A stretch of 63,819 nt of DNA from Candidatus Omnitrophota bacterium (GCA_041653955.1 JBAZEH010000006.1:764-64582); one strand, 5' to 3'; positions 1-13,097 are shown, counted from the stretch's first letter. The notes: generated from the letters alone by a model not told the origin. Numbers and translations are program-made.

Positions 1-2
1 TG

Positions 3-1013
3 CCTATATTGGCTAACATATTAATTGATGCGCAGCAGGATAAGCTTAAATTAACGGCAACCGACCTGGATATAGGTATAAGCTGTGTAATTCCTGTGGA
101 TACGCAGGAGCCCGGGATGATAACTATCCCGGCAAAAAGATTTGCCGATATAATAAAAGAGTTACCGGATGAAAATGCAAGCATAACCACCAAAAAGAAC
201 AACCTGGTTACTATTGACACAAAATCCTGCCAGTTTAAAATTATGGGGCTGCCCTACGAGGATTTCCCCAAATTGCCCGAATTTAAAGATGGCGGGGTGG
301 TGCAGCTTGAGCAGCAGGTATTAAAAGAAATGTTGACATTAACATCTTTTGCTGTATCTTTAGATGAAACAAGATATATACTAAACGGGATATTATTCCA
401 AATACGGCAAAACAAGATTACTCTTGTAGCGACGGACGGAAAGCGCCTGGCGGTTATTGAACGTAAATTAAAACAAAGTACCGAGAGGGATATAAGGATG
501 ATCGTCCCTCTCAAAACAATCCACGAACTAAACCGCAACCTTCGGGAAGACGGAGACCTTTCAATATTACTGGGTAATAACCAGGCGCTTTTTGATCTGG
601 GGGGCGCCGTAGTCATCTCCCGCCTGATCGAAGGGGAGTTTCCGGATTACCAGCAGGTGGTCCCGCCTCCGTCTAACAATAAGATCGGTGTTGACAGGGA
701 GGGTTTTTTGCTCGCGGTTAAAAGGGCGGCCTTATTGTCCACTCCCGACTACCAGGCGATAAAGCTGGAGGCGTTTAAAAATAAACTGGTTATCTCTAAG
801 TCCACTCCGGATATAGGGGAGTCCCGGGAGGAACTCGCCATAGAGTATGGCGGTAAAGAGCTTGCGATAGGTTTTAACCCCACCTATCTGACAGATGTCT
901 TAAAAAATCTGGCGGAAGAAAAAATAGAGTTTGAGTTGACAGACAGCGAGAAGCCGGGGGTTATACGCATCAATGGTTATGTTTATATAGTGTTGCCGAT
1001 GCGCTTGAGTTAA
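3..1013 (+). CDS. dnaN: DNA polymerase III beta sliding clamp (5' partial; reading frame open to window start)
   Basis: Frame is open from nt 3, so the TTG at 9 in the ORF track is probably not the real start. Beta-clamp-like sequence with typical C-terminal ...VLPMRLS, and a position upstream of gyrB. Confidence 0.9.
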   Translation, partial: PILANILIDAQQDKLKLTATDLDIGISCVIPVDTQEPGMITIPAKRFADIIKELPDENASITTKKNNLVTIDTKSCQFKIMGLPYEDFPKLPEFKDGGVVQLEQQVLKEMLTLTSFAVSLDETRYILNGILFQIRQNKITLVATDGKRLAVIERKLKQSTERDIRMIVPLKTIHELNRNLREDGDLSILLGNNQALFDLGGAVVISRLIEGEFPDYQQVVPPPSNNKIGVDREGFLLAVKRAALLSTPDYQAIKLEAFKNKLVISKSTPDIGESREELAIEYGGKELAIGFNPTYLTDVLKNLAEEKIEFELTDSEKPGVIRINGYVYIVLPMRLS

Positions 1014-3772
<2,759 letters not shown>

Positions 3773-3773
3773 A

Positions 3774-6206
3774 ATGTATACGAGAAACGAAAAAATAATA
3801 CCGGTTTATATTGAAGAAGAGGTTAAGGATTCATATTTGAATTACGCGATGAGCGTCATTGTCGGCCGCGCCCTGCCGGATATACGCGACGGGCTCAAGC
3901 CCGTGCACCGGCGTATTCTGTACGCCATGCAGGAGCTCAATCTTGAGCACAGCAAGCCTTATAAGAAATGCGCGCGTATCGTCGGAGAGGTGCTGGGCAA
4001 ATACCATCCCCACGGGGATGTCGCGGTCTATGATACCCTGGTGAGGATGGCCCAGGATTTCGCCTTGCGCTATCCGCTGGTTGACGGCCAGGGGAACTTT
4101 GGTTCTGTGGACGGGGATACCGCCGCCGCTATGCGTTATACGGAAGCGCGCCTGGCATCTATTAGCGATGAGATGCTAACCGATATAGATAAAGATACCG
4201 TGGATTTCGGGCCTAATTTTGACGCTTCTTTAAAGGAGCCTCTTCTATTGCCTGCCAGCCTCCCCAATCTCCTTGTCAACGGCTCAAGCGGGATCGCCGT
4301 GGGCATGGCTACCAATATACCGCCGCATAACTTAAATGAGGTCGCTGACGCCATTATCTATTTATTAGACCACCCTGAGGCGCAGATAAAGGACCTGATG
4401 AAGTATATAAAAGGCCCTGATTTCCCGACGGGCGGCATAATATGCGGCAAAGGCGGGATCAAGGATGCGTATACGACGGGAAAAGGCAAACTGCTGGTGC
4501 GGGCGCGGGCAACGGTCGAGCACCAAAAGAACGGCAAAGACCTGATAGTCGTTACGGAGATACCTTATCAGATACAGAAGGCTTCTCTTATAGAATCTAT
4601 TGCTTCCTTGGTGGATGATAAAAAAATAGAAGGGATATCCGATATCCGCGATGAGTCTGATAAGGACGGGATGCGGATCGTTGTAGAGCTAAAACGCGAC
4701 GTAGAGGCGCAGATCATCCTGAACCAGCTCTTTAAACATACCCAGCTTGAGACTACATTCGGGATCATAATGCTCGCCCTGGTGGATAACCGACCTCGGG
4801 TACTGACGCTGCTTCAGGTCCTGGAACATTATATAGGGCACCGGAAGGTCATCATACGCCGCAGGACGCAGTTTGAATTAGATAAGGCCCTGAAGAGGGC
4901 GCATATCCTGGAGGGCTTAAAGATAGCCCTGAAATATATAGACCGTATCATAAAGACGATCAAGACTTCTAAGAATACGGATAACGCCAGGGACCGCCTT
5001 ATGAAAGAGTTTGGCTTAAGCGAAGTTCAGGCCCAGGCGATACTGGAGATGCAGCTGCAGCGGCTTACCGCCCTGGAGCGCGATAAGATAGACGCTGAAT
5101 ACGCCGAACTGCTGAAGAAGATCGAATTATGCAAGGCAATACTCGCCTCCGAAAAAAAGATAGAGGGGATCATTAAGGATGAGCTGGAGGCCTTAAAGAA
5201 AAAATATGGCGATGAGCGCAGGACCGATATCGTAGGAGAAGTAGAGGAACTTGAGGTGGAGGACCTGATAGCCGAAGAGGATGTTGTGGTAACGATAAGC
5301 CACGGCGGCTATATCAAGCGCCTGCCTGTAAGCGCCTATCGTAAACAGAAGCGCGGGGGCAGAGGCGTTACCGGCGCGGAGGTTAAGGAAGAGGATTTTG
5401 TAGAACATCTTTTTGTTGCTTCCACTAAAGATTATCTTTTAATATTCACGGGCAAAGGCCAGGTGCACTGGCTGAAGGTTTACGAGATTCCGCAGGCGAG
5501 CCGTACCTCTAAAGGCAAGGCGATAGTCAATCTTGTCCAGATGGAACCGGGCTCCAAGATCAGCTCTACCGTTCCTGTTAAGGAGTTCTCCGAAGATAAA
5601 TACCTGGTAATGGCGACGAAACTCGGCCAGGTCAAAAAGACCAGGCTCGGCGCCTACGGTAACCCCCGCAAAGCAGGGATTATCGGTATAAGCCTGGATA
5701 AAGGGGATGAGCTTATCAGCGTCATCCTCACCGACGGGAAACAGGAGATACTTATGGGTACCAGGCAGGGCAAGGCGATAAGATTTTCCGAAACCAAGGT
5801 GCGGGATATGGGCAGGCAGGCAGGCGGCGTGCGAGCCATATCGCTTGAAAAGAAAGACGAGGTCATAGGCATGGTCCTCGCGCAGAAAGACACCACAGTA
5901 TTGACTGTTACCGAGCTTGGTTTCGCCAAGCGCACCCCCGCGGAGGAATACCGCCTGACCAGCCGCGGCGGTAAAGGGATAATTAATATAAAGGTTACGG
6001 ATAAAAACTCCGAGGCAGTGAGCCTCAAGACTGTCAATGACCAAGATGAGCTGATGGTTATCACGCAAGCCGGCATGTTCCTGCGTTGCGCCGTAAAAGA
6101 TATACGCGCTACCGGAAGATCGGCGCAGGGTGTGCGCCTGATAAAGCTGCAGGGTAAAGACCATGTTTCCTGCGTCGCCCACGTGATAGCGGAAGAAGAG
6201 GCATAA
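3774..6206 (+). CDS. gyrA: DNA gyrase subunit A
   Basis: 810 aa with [16 protein letters not shown] (catalytic Tyr region), GKYHPHGD and C-terminal beta-pinwheel repeats. Confidence 0.97.
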   Translation: MYTRNEKIIPVYIEEEVKDSYLNYAMSVIVGRALPDIRDGLKPVHRRILYAMQELNLEHSKPYKKCARIVGEVLGKYHPHGDVAVYDTLVRMAQDFALRYPLVDGQGNFGSVDGDTAAAMRYTEARLASISDEMLTDIDKDTVDFGPNFDASLKEPLLLPASLPNLLVNGSSGIAVGMATNIPPHNLNEVADAIIYLLDHPEAQIKDLMKYIKGPDFPTGGIICGKGGIKDAYTTGKGKLLVRARATVEHQKNGKDLIVVTEIPYQIQKASLIESIASLVDDKKIEGISDIRDESDKDGMRIVVELKRDVEAQIILNQLFKHTQLETTFGIIMLALVDNRPRVLTLLQVLEHYIGHRKVIIRRRTQFELDKALKRAHILEGLKIALKYIDRIIKTIKTSKNTDNARDRLMKEFGLSEVQAQAILEMQLQRLTALERDKIDAEYAELLKKIELCKAILASEKKIEGIIKDELEALKKKYGDERRTDIVGEVEELEVEDLIAEEDVVVTISHGGYIKRLPVSAYRKQKRGGRGVTGAEVKEEDFVEHLFVASTKDYLLIFTGKGQVHWLKVYEIPQASRTSKGKAIVNLVQMEPGSKISSTVPVKEFSEDKYLVMATKLGQVKKTRLGAYGNPRKAGIIGISLDKGDELISVILTDGKQEILMGTRQGKAIRFSETKVRDMGRQAGGVRAISLEKKDEVIGMVLAQKDTTVLTVTELGFAKRTPAEEYRLTSRGGKGIINIKVTDKNSEAVSLKTVNDQDELMVITQAGMFLRCAVKDIRATGRSAQGVRLIKLQGKDHVSCVAHVIAEEEA

Positions 6207-6212
6207 TCCATA

Positions 6213-6287
6213 GTCCCCATCGTCTAGCCTGGTCTAGGACAAGAGCTTTTCAAGCTCTCGACACCGGTTCAAATCCGGTTGGGGACG
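6213..6287 (+). tRNA. tRNA-Glu (anticodon UUC)
   Basis: Cloverleaf folded by hand: acceptor GTCCCCA/TGGGGAC, T arm ACCGG-TTCAAAT-CCGGT, anticodon loop TTTTCAA. No encoded CCA. Confidence 0.9.
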
Positions 6288-6415
6288 TTAAATTTAATCA
6301 CCCTGAATTTTTTATTAATGAAACATCCTCCTTTTATTACTATTTATAAGGAAGGGTGTAAATTAATCCAAACAACTTATTCACATTAACGTGTTCGTAA
6401 GTTGTGGGCTCATTT

Positions 6416-8257
6416 ATGTGTGGGATAATCGGATATATAGGTTCAAGGTCAGCCCCGGATATTTTGCTGAATGGCCTAAAACGCCTGGAGTACCGCGGAT
6501 ACGATTCAAGCGGTATGGCTGTCCTCCTTGCGGATAAATGCGTCCTCTCCATAAGAAAATGCCAGGGTAAGATCAGTTCCCTGGAAAACCTCCTGCGTAA
6601 AAAACCACTTCATGGCACCTTTGGGATAGCCCACACGCGCTGGGCGACGCACGGCGTGCCGAATCAGATCAATGCCCATCCTCACAGAGATTGCACGGGG
6701 GCTATTGCCATCGCGCATAATGGCATCATTGAAAACTACCTTAAATTAAAGGGGGGCCTGGTAAAGGAAGGGCATAAGTTTGTCAGCCAGACCGATACAG
6801 AGGTTATCGCCCACCTTATAGAAAAATTCTATAGTAACGGCACTCCTTTAGAGGCGGCTGTAATGAAGGCGCTTCCAAAGCTGGAAGGGTCATTCGCGCT
6901 GGTTGTTATATCCCAGAAAGAGCCGGGAAAGCTGGTAGGAGCGCGTTTTGGAAGCCCATTGATTGCGGGATTAGGAAAGGGGGAGAATTTTCTTGCCTCG
7001 GACGCGCCTGCTATCCTGGATTCTACCAGAGAAATCATCTTCCTGGATGACGAAGAGATGGTTGTTATGGATAAAGATTCCTGCAATGTAACTGACTTTA
7101 AGGGCAGAAGTATCCGTAAAGAGCCGGTGCGCCTTGACTGGGATATAAATCAGGCCGAGAAGCAGGGGTATGAGCATTTTATGTTGAAAGAGATCAATGA
7201 GCAGCCTGCGATAGCGGAGAAACTGCTGAATACGCTGATCTCGCGGGAGACCGGCAGGGTATCTTTCAGCGGCTTAAGCATCAAGGAAGAGGAGTTAAGA
7301 AATAAGGATAATATCGTTATCATAGCCTGCGGTACCGCGTATCACGCGGGGTTATGCGCTAAATATATGCTTGAGGAAACATGCAAGATCCCCGCGAGGG
7401 CCGATCTTTCCAGCGAATTCCGCTATAGCGATCCCCTGGTGGATAAGGATACGCTGGTGATCGCTATCAGCCAGTCAGGGGAGACCGCCGATACCCTGGC
7501 AGCCGCGCGCGAGGCGCGCAAAAAAGGAGCGCTTACGCTTGCTATATGCAATGTGCTGGGTTCTACGCTGGTGCGCGAATGTGACGGAGTCATCTATACT
7601 TACGCCGGCCCGGAGATAGGGGTGGCCTCTACTAAAGCCTATACGGCGCAACTGCTGGTTTTATACCTTTTTGCCTTATATCTGGCGGGGCTGAAAGATA
7701 CCATAGACTGGGAAGAGATCAACAAATTATTGGCTGCCCTGAAAACCTTGCCCCAGCTGCAAAGGAGGATTTTAGAAGGACAGAAAGATATCAGGCGCCT
7801 AGCCCATAGGCATTCGCATTTCGGTTCCTTCCTTTTCTTAGGAAGGAATGTAAATTATCCTTCGGCCCTGGAAGGGGCTTTGAAATTAAAGGAGATATCT
7901 TATATACCCGCAGAGGGATATGCCGCAGGCGAGATGAAACACGGGCCTATCGCGCTGATCGATGAATACAGGGCAGTGGTCTGCATCGCGCCCCAATCAA
8001 AGATATATGAGAAGATGGTCTCCAATATCCAGGAGATACACAGCCGCCGGGGCAAGATCATCGCTATCGCCAGCGAGGATGATGAAGAGATAACAGAACT
8101 GACTAAGCATGTAATATATGTCCCGCGCATAAACGAATTGTTATCTCCGCTAATAGTGGCCCTGCCCCTTCAGTTATTAGCCTACTACATTGCCGCCAAA
8201 AGGGGTTGTAATGTGGACCAGCCGCGCAATTTAGCAAAGTCCGTAACCGTGGAATAA
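6416..8257 (+). CDS. glmS: Glutamine--fructose-6-phosphate aminotransferase
   Basis: Start moved to the ATG giving MCGIIGY, because an N-terminal Cys is required for Ntn amidotransferases. Two SIS domains and C-terminal ...KSVTVE. Confidence 0.95.
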   Translation: MCGIIGYIGSRSAPDILLNGLKRLEYRGYDSSGMAVLLADKCVLSIRKCQGKISSLENLLRKKPLHGTFGIAHTRWATHGVPNQINAHPHRDCTGAIAIAHNGIIENYLKLKGGLVKEGHKFVSQTDTEVIAHLIEKFYSNGTPLEAAVMKALPKLEGSFALVVISQKEPGKLVGARFGSPLIAGLGKGENFLASDAPAILDSTREIIFLDDEEMVVMDKDSCNVTDFKGRSIRKEPVRLDWDINQAEKQGYEHFMLKEINEQPAIAEKLLNTLISRETGRVSFSGLSIKEEELRNKDNIVIIACGTAYHAGLCAKYMLEETCKIPARADLSSEFRYSDPLVDKDTLVIAISQSGETADTLAAAREARKKGALTLAICNVLGSTLVRECDGVIYTYAGPEIGVASTKAYTAQLLVLYLFALYLAGLKDTIDWEEINKLLAALKTLPQLQRRILEGQKDIRRLAHRHSHFGSFLFLGRNVNYPSALEGALKLKEISYIPAEGYAAGEMKHGPIALIDEYRAVVCIAPQSKIYEKMVSNIQEIHSRRGKIIAIASEDDEEITELTKHVIYVPRINELLSPLIVALPLQLLAYYIAAKRGCNVDQPRNLAKSVTVE

Positions 8258-8910
8258 TGTTATATATAGTCGCCACACCTATCGGTAACCTGAAAGATAT
8301 TACGCTGCGCGCCTTAGAGGTTTTAAAATCCGTAGACTTGGTCGCCTGCGAGGATACGCGCCGCACCAGGATACTGCTTAATCATTACGGAATAACAGTC
8401 CCGACCACAAGCTATTTCCAGCATAACAGGGTAACCAAGGGGGCGTATCTCATACGCATGTTAAAGGAGGGAAAATCTATTGCCCTGGTTTCTGATGCAG
8501 GAACGCCTGGTATTCTGGACCCCGGGTACCATATCATCAATTTAGCGATACAAAATAATATAGGTATGACCCTTATCCCCGGGCCGGCGGCCCTGGTAAA
8601 TGCCCTGGTTCTTTCCGGAAAACCCGCGCATAAGTTTTTATTCGAAGGGTTCCTGCCGCGGGGGCCCCTGGCGCGCAAGAACCGGCTAAAAGAGATCGTC
8701 AGACTTGGTTGCACGGCGGTATTTTATGAATCCAGCCATAGGATAATAAAGACCCTTGAGGATGTGCGGGATATTGCAGGGGATAAGCATATAGTGTGCG
8801 CGCGTGAGCTGACGAAGAAATTTGAAGAGATCGGGAGGGGCAGCGCCCAGGAGCTCTTGGATGCTTTTAAGCGCGAAAGGCCGCGCGGGGAGTTTGTGGT
8901 GGTGGTATAG
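8257..8910 (+). CDS. rsmI: 16S rRNA 2'-O-ribose C1402 methyltransferase RsmI family
   Basis: LYIVATPIGNLKDITLRALEVLK..ACEDTRRT, typical of the tetrapyrrole-methylase-fold RsmI. The ATG overlaps the glmS stop. Confidence 0.85.
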   Translation: MLYIVATPIGNLKDITLRALEVLKSVDLVACEDTRRTRILLNHYGITVPTTSYFQHNRVTKGAYLIRMLKEGKSIALVSDAGTPGILDPGYHIINLAIQNNIGMTLIPGPAALVNALVLSGKPAHKFLFEGFLPRGPLARKNRLKEIVRLGCTAVFYESSHRIIKTLEDVRDIAGDKHIVCARELTKKFEEIGRGSAQELLDAFKRERPRGEFVVVV

Positions 8911-8932
8911 TTTTTGCTGTTGGAACTTTCCC

Positions 8933-8961
8933 TTGACAAGCCCCCTGATGGATGGTATAGT
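8933..8961 (+). promoter_or_regulatory. Sigma70-like promoter TTGACA-N17-TATAGT for the pyr operon
   Basis: TTGACA at 8933-8938 and TATAGT at 8956-8961 with a 17-nt spacer, in the rsmI-pyrR intergenic region. Confidence 0.5.
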
Positions 8962-8979
8962 TTAACAGATAAATAAAAA

Positions 8980-9012
8980 CCTTTAAGCCGGTTCTTGAGA
9001 AACTGGCAAGGG
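8980..9012 (+). promoter_or_regulatory. Leader stem-loop, possible PyrR-binding loop
   Basis: GCCGGTT (8987-8993) pairs with AACTGGC (9001-9007) around loop CTTGAGA. Outer CCTT/AAGG pairing and a purine-rich 3' flank GCAAGGGAAGAG. It resembles known PyrR binding loops but does not match them exactly. Confidence 0.4.
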
Positions 9013-9046
9013 AAGAGAAAAATGACCTATAAAACTACAATTATGA

Positions 9047-9077
9047 CCCCGACAAATATATGTCGGGGTATTTTTTT
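9047..9077 (+). terminator. Intrinsic terminator / attenuator hairpin in the pyrR leader
   Basis: CCCCGACA-AATATA-TGTCGGGG followed by TA+T7, ending 6 nt before the pyrR ATG. Confidence 0.65.
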
Positions 9078-9083
9078 GTAATT

Positions 9084-9623
9084 ATGAAAGAAAAAACTAA
9101 ACTTTTAGACCGGGAAGGGCTTAACCGCGTGCTCACGCGTATTGCCCACGAAATATTAGAGAAAAATAAAGGCACGCGTGATCTTTGTCTTGTGGGAATA
9201 CGCAATCGCGGGGCGCACCTGGCGAAGCGTTTAAGCGGATGCATTGGGGCGATAGACAGGGTGGAGGTCCCCGTGGGGATACTTGATATCACATTATACC
9301 GGGATGATCTTACCCTTATTTCACAGCAGCCTCTCGTGCATAAGACCGAGATAGGATTTGATATCACCGAAAAAAGTATTGTGCTGGTAGATGACGTATT
9401 GTATAGCGGCAGGACTGTCAGGGCTGCCCTGGATGCACTTATTGACCTGGGCCGGCCCAGATCCATACAGCTGGCTGTGCTGGTTGACAGGGGGCACAGG
9501 GAACTCCCTATCCGCGCGGATTATGTAGGCAAGAATATTCCTACTTCCCAAAAAGAGACCGTAGAGGTGCGTCTGGCCGAATCAGACGGTTGTGACGAAA
9601 TAGTAATAGTAGAAAAGGATTAA
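9084..9623 (+). CDS. pyrR: Bifunctional pyrimidine operon regulator / uracil phosphoribosyltransferase PyrR
   Basis: From ATG 9084 the protein ([17 protein letters not shown]..) aligns end to end with my recollection of Bacillus PyrR. PRTase motif [16 protein letters not shown]. The track start at 9060 lies inside the terminator hairpin. Confidence 0.93.
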   Translation: MKEKTKLLDREGLNRVLTRIAHEILEKNKGTRDLCLVGIRNRGAHLAKRLSGCIGAIDRVEVPVGILDITLYRDDLTLISQQPLVHKTEIGFDITEKSIVLVDDVLYSGRTVRAALDALIDLGRPRSIQLAVLVDRGHRELPIRADYVGKNIPTSQKETVEVRLAESDGCDEIVIVEKD

Positions 9624-9625
9624 AT

Positions 9626-10579
9626 ATGCCTGTAGCCTGGACCAGAAAAGACCTTTTGGGCCTGCGAGAGTTAAGCCGGGAAGAGATAGGGCTGATCCTT
9701 TCCACCGCGGAATCTTTTAAGGAGGTCTCAACCCGCGAGATTAAAAAGGTGCCGGCTTTGCGCGGAAGGACAGTGGTGAATATGTTTTATGAGCCCTCTA
9801 CGCGGACAAGGGTATCTTTTGAGATCGCGGCAAAGCGCTTGTCCGCGGATGTTATAAATATAGCTTCCGAAACCTCAAGTGTGCGTAAAGGGGAGACCCT
9901 GATAGATACTGGGAAAAATATAGAAGCCCTTAAAGTGGATATCATTGTGGTAAGGCATAATTATTCCGGGGCAGCCGCTATGCTGGCGCGTAATCTGCGG
10001 GCGAGCGTGATCAACGCCGGCGATGGCTGGCATGAACACCCTACGCAAGCCCTTCTTGATATGTTCACGTTGAAAGAGAAGCTGGGCAGGATAGAGGGCT
10101 TGAACGTGAGTATCGTAGGGGATATAGCGCATTCACGCGTGGCGCGTTCTAATATATGGGGCCTGACTAAGCTGGGTGCCAGGGTTATGGTCTGCGCGCC
10201 AAAAATGCTTATACCCGCGGCTATCGAGGAGATGGGGGTTAAGGCTACAGATGATATAGATGAGGCCTTAAGTAATGCCGACGCGGTCAATGTCCTGAGG
10301 ATGCAATTTGAACGCGATGGCGAGAGCGCCTTCCCCAGGCAGCTTGAGTATTTTAAAAAGTTCGGGATCACCAGGGAGAGGCTGGAGAAGGCCAAAAAAG
10401 ATATTATTGTTATGCATCCCGGGCCCTTGAACCGCGGCATTGAAATAGCAAGCGATATAGCGGATGGGGGAAATTCAGTGATATTAGAGCAGGTAACCAA
10501 TGGTATCGCCGTCAGGATGGCGGCTCTTTTCCTGGTGGCGCAGGCCAACGAGAATATTACTCATGACAATATTGATTAA
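9626..10579 (+). CDS. pyrB: Aspartate carbamoyltransferase catalytic subunit
   Basis: Motifs FYEPSTRTRVSFE, HPTQALLD and HPGP. Confidence 0.95.
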   Translation: MPVAWTRKDLLGLRELSREEIGLILSTAESFKEVSTREIKKVPALRGRTVVNMFYEPSTRTRVSFEIAAKRLSADVINIASETSSVRKGETLIDTGKNIEALKVDIIVVRHNYSGAAAMLARNLRASVINAGDGWHEHPTQALLDMFTLKEKLGRIEGLNVSIVGDIAHSRVARSNIWGLTKLGARVMVCAPKMLIPAAIEEMGVKATDDIDEALSNADAVNVLRMQFERDGESAFPRQLEYFKKFGITRERLEKAKKDIIVMHPGPLNRGIEIASDIADGGNSVILEQVTNGIAVRMAALFLVAQANENITHDNID

Positions 10580-11849
10580 GAACGGGCGTTTGATAGATCC
10601 AGGAAACAATATAGATGGGGTTTATGATATTTTAACGGAAGGCGCCAAGATCTCGCGGGTAGCCAAAAAGATATCCGGCAGCGCCGATAACATGATCGAC
10701 GCTTCGGGCAAGATCGTTATGCCCGGGATCGTAGATATGCATGTCCATCTAAGGGAGCCCGGCAGGGAAGACAAGGAGACTATTGTTACCGGTACCAGGG
10801 CAGCCTTAAAAGGGGGGGTTACAAGCCTTTTGGCTATGCCGAACACGCAGCCGGCCATAGATTGCGCGGAGAATATCAAGGGCTTAAAGAGGATCATTGA
10901 TAAGAGCGCGGCGGTAAATGTATTGATTTGCGCGGCGATAACGATAGGGCGTAACGGGAAAGAGCTCTCAGGTATTGCCAGGCTGAAAAAAGAAGGGGTA
11001 TCGGCGATATCCGATGACGGGGCTTCGGTAGATGATGAACAGCTTATGTCAGAGGCTATGAAGATCGCAGCCAGGGAGGGGCTTCTGGTAATCTCTCATT
11101 GCGAAGATAAGGCGCTTGCCTCCGGAGGCGTAGTAAACCTGGGGGCCATATCTACCATGCTGGGTTTACGCGGTATAAGCCGGGAGTCAGAGTATAGGCG
11201 CGTAGAAAGAGACCTGAGATTGGCCAAAAAATCCCGTGCGCGCCTTCATATCGCCCATGTTAGCTGCAAACAGTCTGTGGAATTAATAGCCAGGGCGAAA
11301 GCAGAGGGCGTTAAAGTTACCGCGGAGGCCGCGCCGCATCATCTCCTGTTGACCGAAGATGAGTTATTAGGTTTTGATACTAATTTGAAGATGAATCCGC
11401 CTTTGCGCAGCCGCGAAGACAGGGACGCTTTAAAGGAAGGACTGATCAACGGGGTAATAGATGTTATTGCCTCGGATCACGCTCCCCATACGGAGAATGA
11501 AAAAGCGATTGAATTTGAGCGCGCGGAGTTCGGGGTGATTGGCCTGGAAACCGAATTAGCCGCAACTATTACAGGGCTGCTTAAAAGCGGCTCTATGGAT
11601 TGGCCACTTTTAGCGGCAAAGCTATCGCTTAATCCGTCTAAGATATTAGGAATAGACAAGGGGGCGCTCGGGGTTGGGATGGACGCGGATATTATCGTTA
11701 TCTCCGCGGATACCGAATGGGCGGTTGAGAAGGACGGGTTCGTGTCTAAATCAAAAAACTCGGCGTTTCTGGGAAAAAGATTGAGCGGAGTAGTCGAATA
11801 CACCATAGTTAACGGCAATCTCGCGTATAGGAATCCCGGCCATGCATAA
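10563..11849 (+). CDS. pyrC: Dihydroorotase
   Basis: Start taken at the ATG giving MTILIKNGRLIDPG. DMHVHLREPG metal-binding motif. Overlaps the pyrB end by 17 nt. Confidence 0.92.
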   Translation: MTILIKNGRLIDPGNNIDGVYDILTEGAKISRVAKKISGSADNMIDASGKIVMPGIVDMHVHLREPGREDKETIVTGTRAALKGGVTSLLAMPNTQPAIDCAENIKGLKRIIDKSAAVNVLICAAITIGRNGKELSGIARLKKEGVSAISDDGASVDDEQLMSEAMKIAAREGLLVISHCEDKALASGGVVNLGAISTMLGLRGISRESEYRRVERDLRLAKKSRARLHIAHVSCKQSVELIARAKAEGVKVTAEAAPHHLLLTEDELLGFDTNLKMNPPLRSREDRDALKEGLINGVIDVIASDHAPHTENEKAIEFERAEFGVIGLETELAATITGLLKSGSMDWPLLAAKLSLNPSKILGIDKGALGVGMDADIIVISADTEWAVEKDGFVSKSKNSAFLGKRLSGVVEYTIVNGNLAYRNPGHA

Positions 11850-11858
11850 GGAGTTATC

Positions 11859-13097
11859 GTGGAATTTATAGCCGATTTTCATATCCACTCAAAATACAGC
11901 AGGGCGACAAGCAAAGATATGGATGTAGCCCATATATCGGAATGGGCGAAGTTAAAAGGCATATCCCTCATGGGCACGGGAGATTTTACCCATCACCTTT
12001 GGCTTGAGGAGTTAAAAGGGAATCTGGAGGATATGGGGAACGGGTTGTTTAAATATAAAGGTATATATTTTATCCTTAGCTCCGAGATCAGCAGTATTTA
12101 TTCAAAGAATGGCAGGACTTATCGTATACACAATATTGTCTTGAGCCCATCCTTTAAGACGACCGATAAGATAAATGAGACGCTTTCGCGCCACGGCAAC
12201 CTTGCTTCTGACGGAAGGCCGATACTCGGGATGGATGCCGCGGAACTGGCGCGCATAGTTTTTGATATAGATGAAAACTGTATGGTTATTCCGGGCCATA
12301 TATGGACGCCGTGGTTCAGCCTTTTCGGCTCTATGTCGGGATTTGACAGGATAGAGGATTGTTTTGAAGAGCAGACTTCGCGTATATTTGCCCTGGAGAC
12401 CGGATTGTCATCTGATCCGGCGATGAACTGGCGTTTAAGCGCCCTGGACAGGTTCACCCTGATTTCCAACAGCGACTCCCATTCTCCTTCTAAAATAGGC
12501 CGCGAAGCCAATATATTTAATTGCGATATGGATTATAAGACCATACGAGAGGTCTTAAAGAGCAAGGATAAAAAAAGGTTTTTATATACAGTGGAATTTT
12601 TCCCGGAAGAGGGTAAATACCATTATGACGGCCACCGGCTTTGCGGCACGCGGTTATCTCCCGGACAGACAAAAGACAATAAGGGCAGATGCCCTAAATG
12701 CGGCAAGCCCGTAACTGTAGGCGTGATGAACAGGATAGAGCAATTAGCTGACAGGCAGGAGGGGTTTGTGCCTTCAAACAGTATCCCTTTCAAGAACCTT
12801 ATACCTTTGGATGAGATCATCGCGGAGGCAAAAGGCATAGGTAAGGCTTCGCAGGGGGTAGATAGGGAGTATCGCAGTTGTATTGCCAAGCTTGGCAGCG
12901 AGTTTGAGATCCTGGCAAAAGCGCCTAAGGATATCTTATCCAAATCCCTGCCTCCCAGGATCGCCGAAGGTATTTTGAGGGTGAGAGAAGGTAAGGTAAA
13001 TATCCAGGCCGGTTATGACGGGGAATACGGCAAGGTCTCTGTTTTCTCCGGCGAAGACAGGCATGATAAACAGGAAGAACAATTAAAGCTATTTTGA
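11859..13097 (+). CDS. PHP-domain endonuclease Q (EndoQ)-like protein with CPKCG zinc ribbon
   Basis: DFHIHSKYSRATSKDM, GTGDF, HIWTPWFSLFG, SNSDSHSPSKIGREAN, GKYHYDGH, CPKCGKPVTVGVMNRI and GYDGEYGKV occur in the same order as I remember them in archaeal EndoQ. GTG start. Confidence 0.7.
   Translation: MEFIADFHIHSKYSRATSKDMDVAHISEWAKLKGISLMGTGDFTHHLWLEELKGNLEDMGNGLFKYKGIYFILSSEISSIYSKNGRTYRIHNIVLSPSFKTTDKINETLSRHGNLASDGRPILGMDAAELARIVFDIDENCMVIPGHIWTPWFSLFGSMSGFDRIEDCFEEQTSRIFALETGLSSDPAMNWRLSALDRFTLISNSDSHSPSKIGREANIFNCDMDYKTIREVLKSKDKKRFLYTVEFFPEEGKYHYDGHRLCGTRLSPGQTKDNKGRCPKCGKPVTVGVMNRIEQLADRQEGFVPSNSIPFKNLIPLDEIIAEAKGIGKASQGVDREYRSCIAKLGSEFEILAKAPKDILSKSLPPRIAEGILRVREGKVNIQAGYDGEYGKVSVFSGEDRHDKQEEQLKLF

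Noticed and set aside
1-1013. oriC / DnaA-box cluster
   Set aside because: Only isolated near-matches to TTATCCACA occur, for example TGTGGATAC near nt 95 inside the dnaN coding sequence. No intergenic AT-rich region with clustered boxes exists in the window, so oriC is presumably upstream.
5439-6220. 247-aa and 188-aa minus-strand ORFs
   Set aside because: Both lie wholly inside the unambiguous gyrA coding region and are antisense shadow ORFs. The same reasoning applies to the long minus ORFs inside pyrB (9961-10548), pyrF and ntpE (24251-25185), the ATPase genes (36693-37217, 39220-39843), the DUF2099-like gene (39946-40590) and others.
6288-6415. Possible glmS ribozyme upstream of glmS
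   Set aside because: The spacer after tRNA-Glu is only about 128 nt and AT-rich. I could not find the conserved glmS ribozyme core or pseudoknot segments. It looks like a plain promoter and leader region.
9060-9083. Upstream ATG (track start) for pyrR
   Set aside because: This ATG lies in the loop and 3' arm of the leader terminator hairpin and would add MSGYFFVI, encoded by the T-tract. From ATG 9084 the protein aligns with the PyrR N-terminus.
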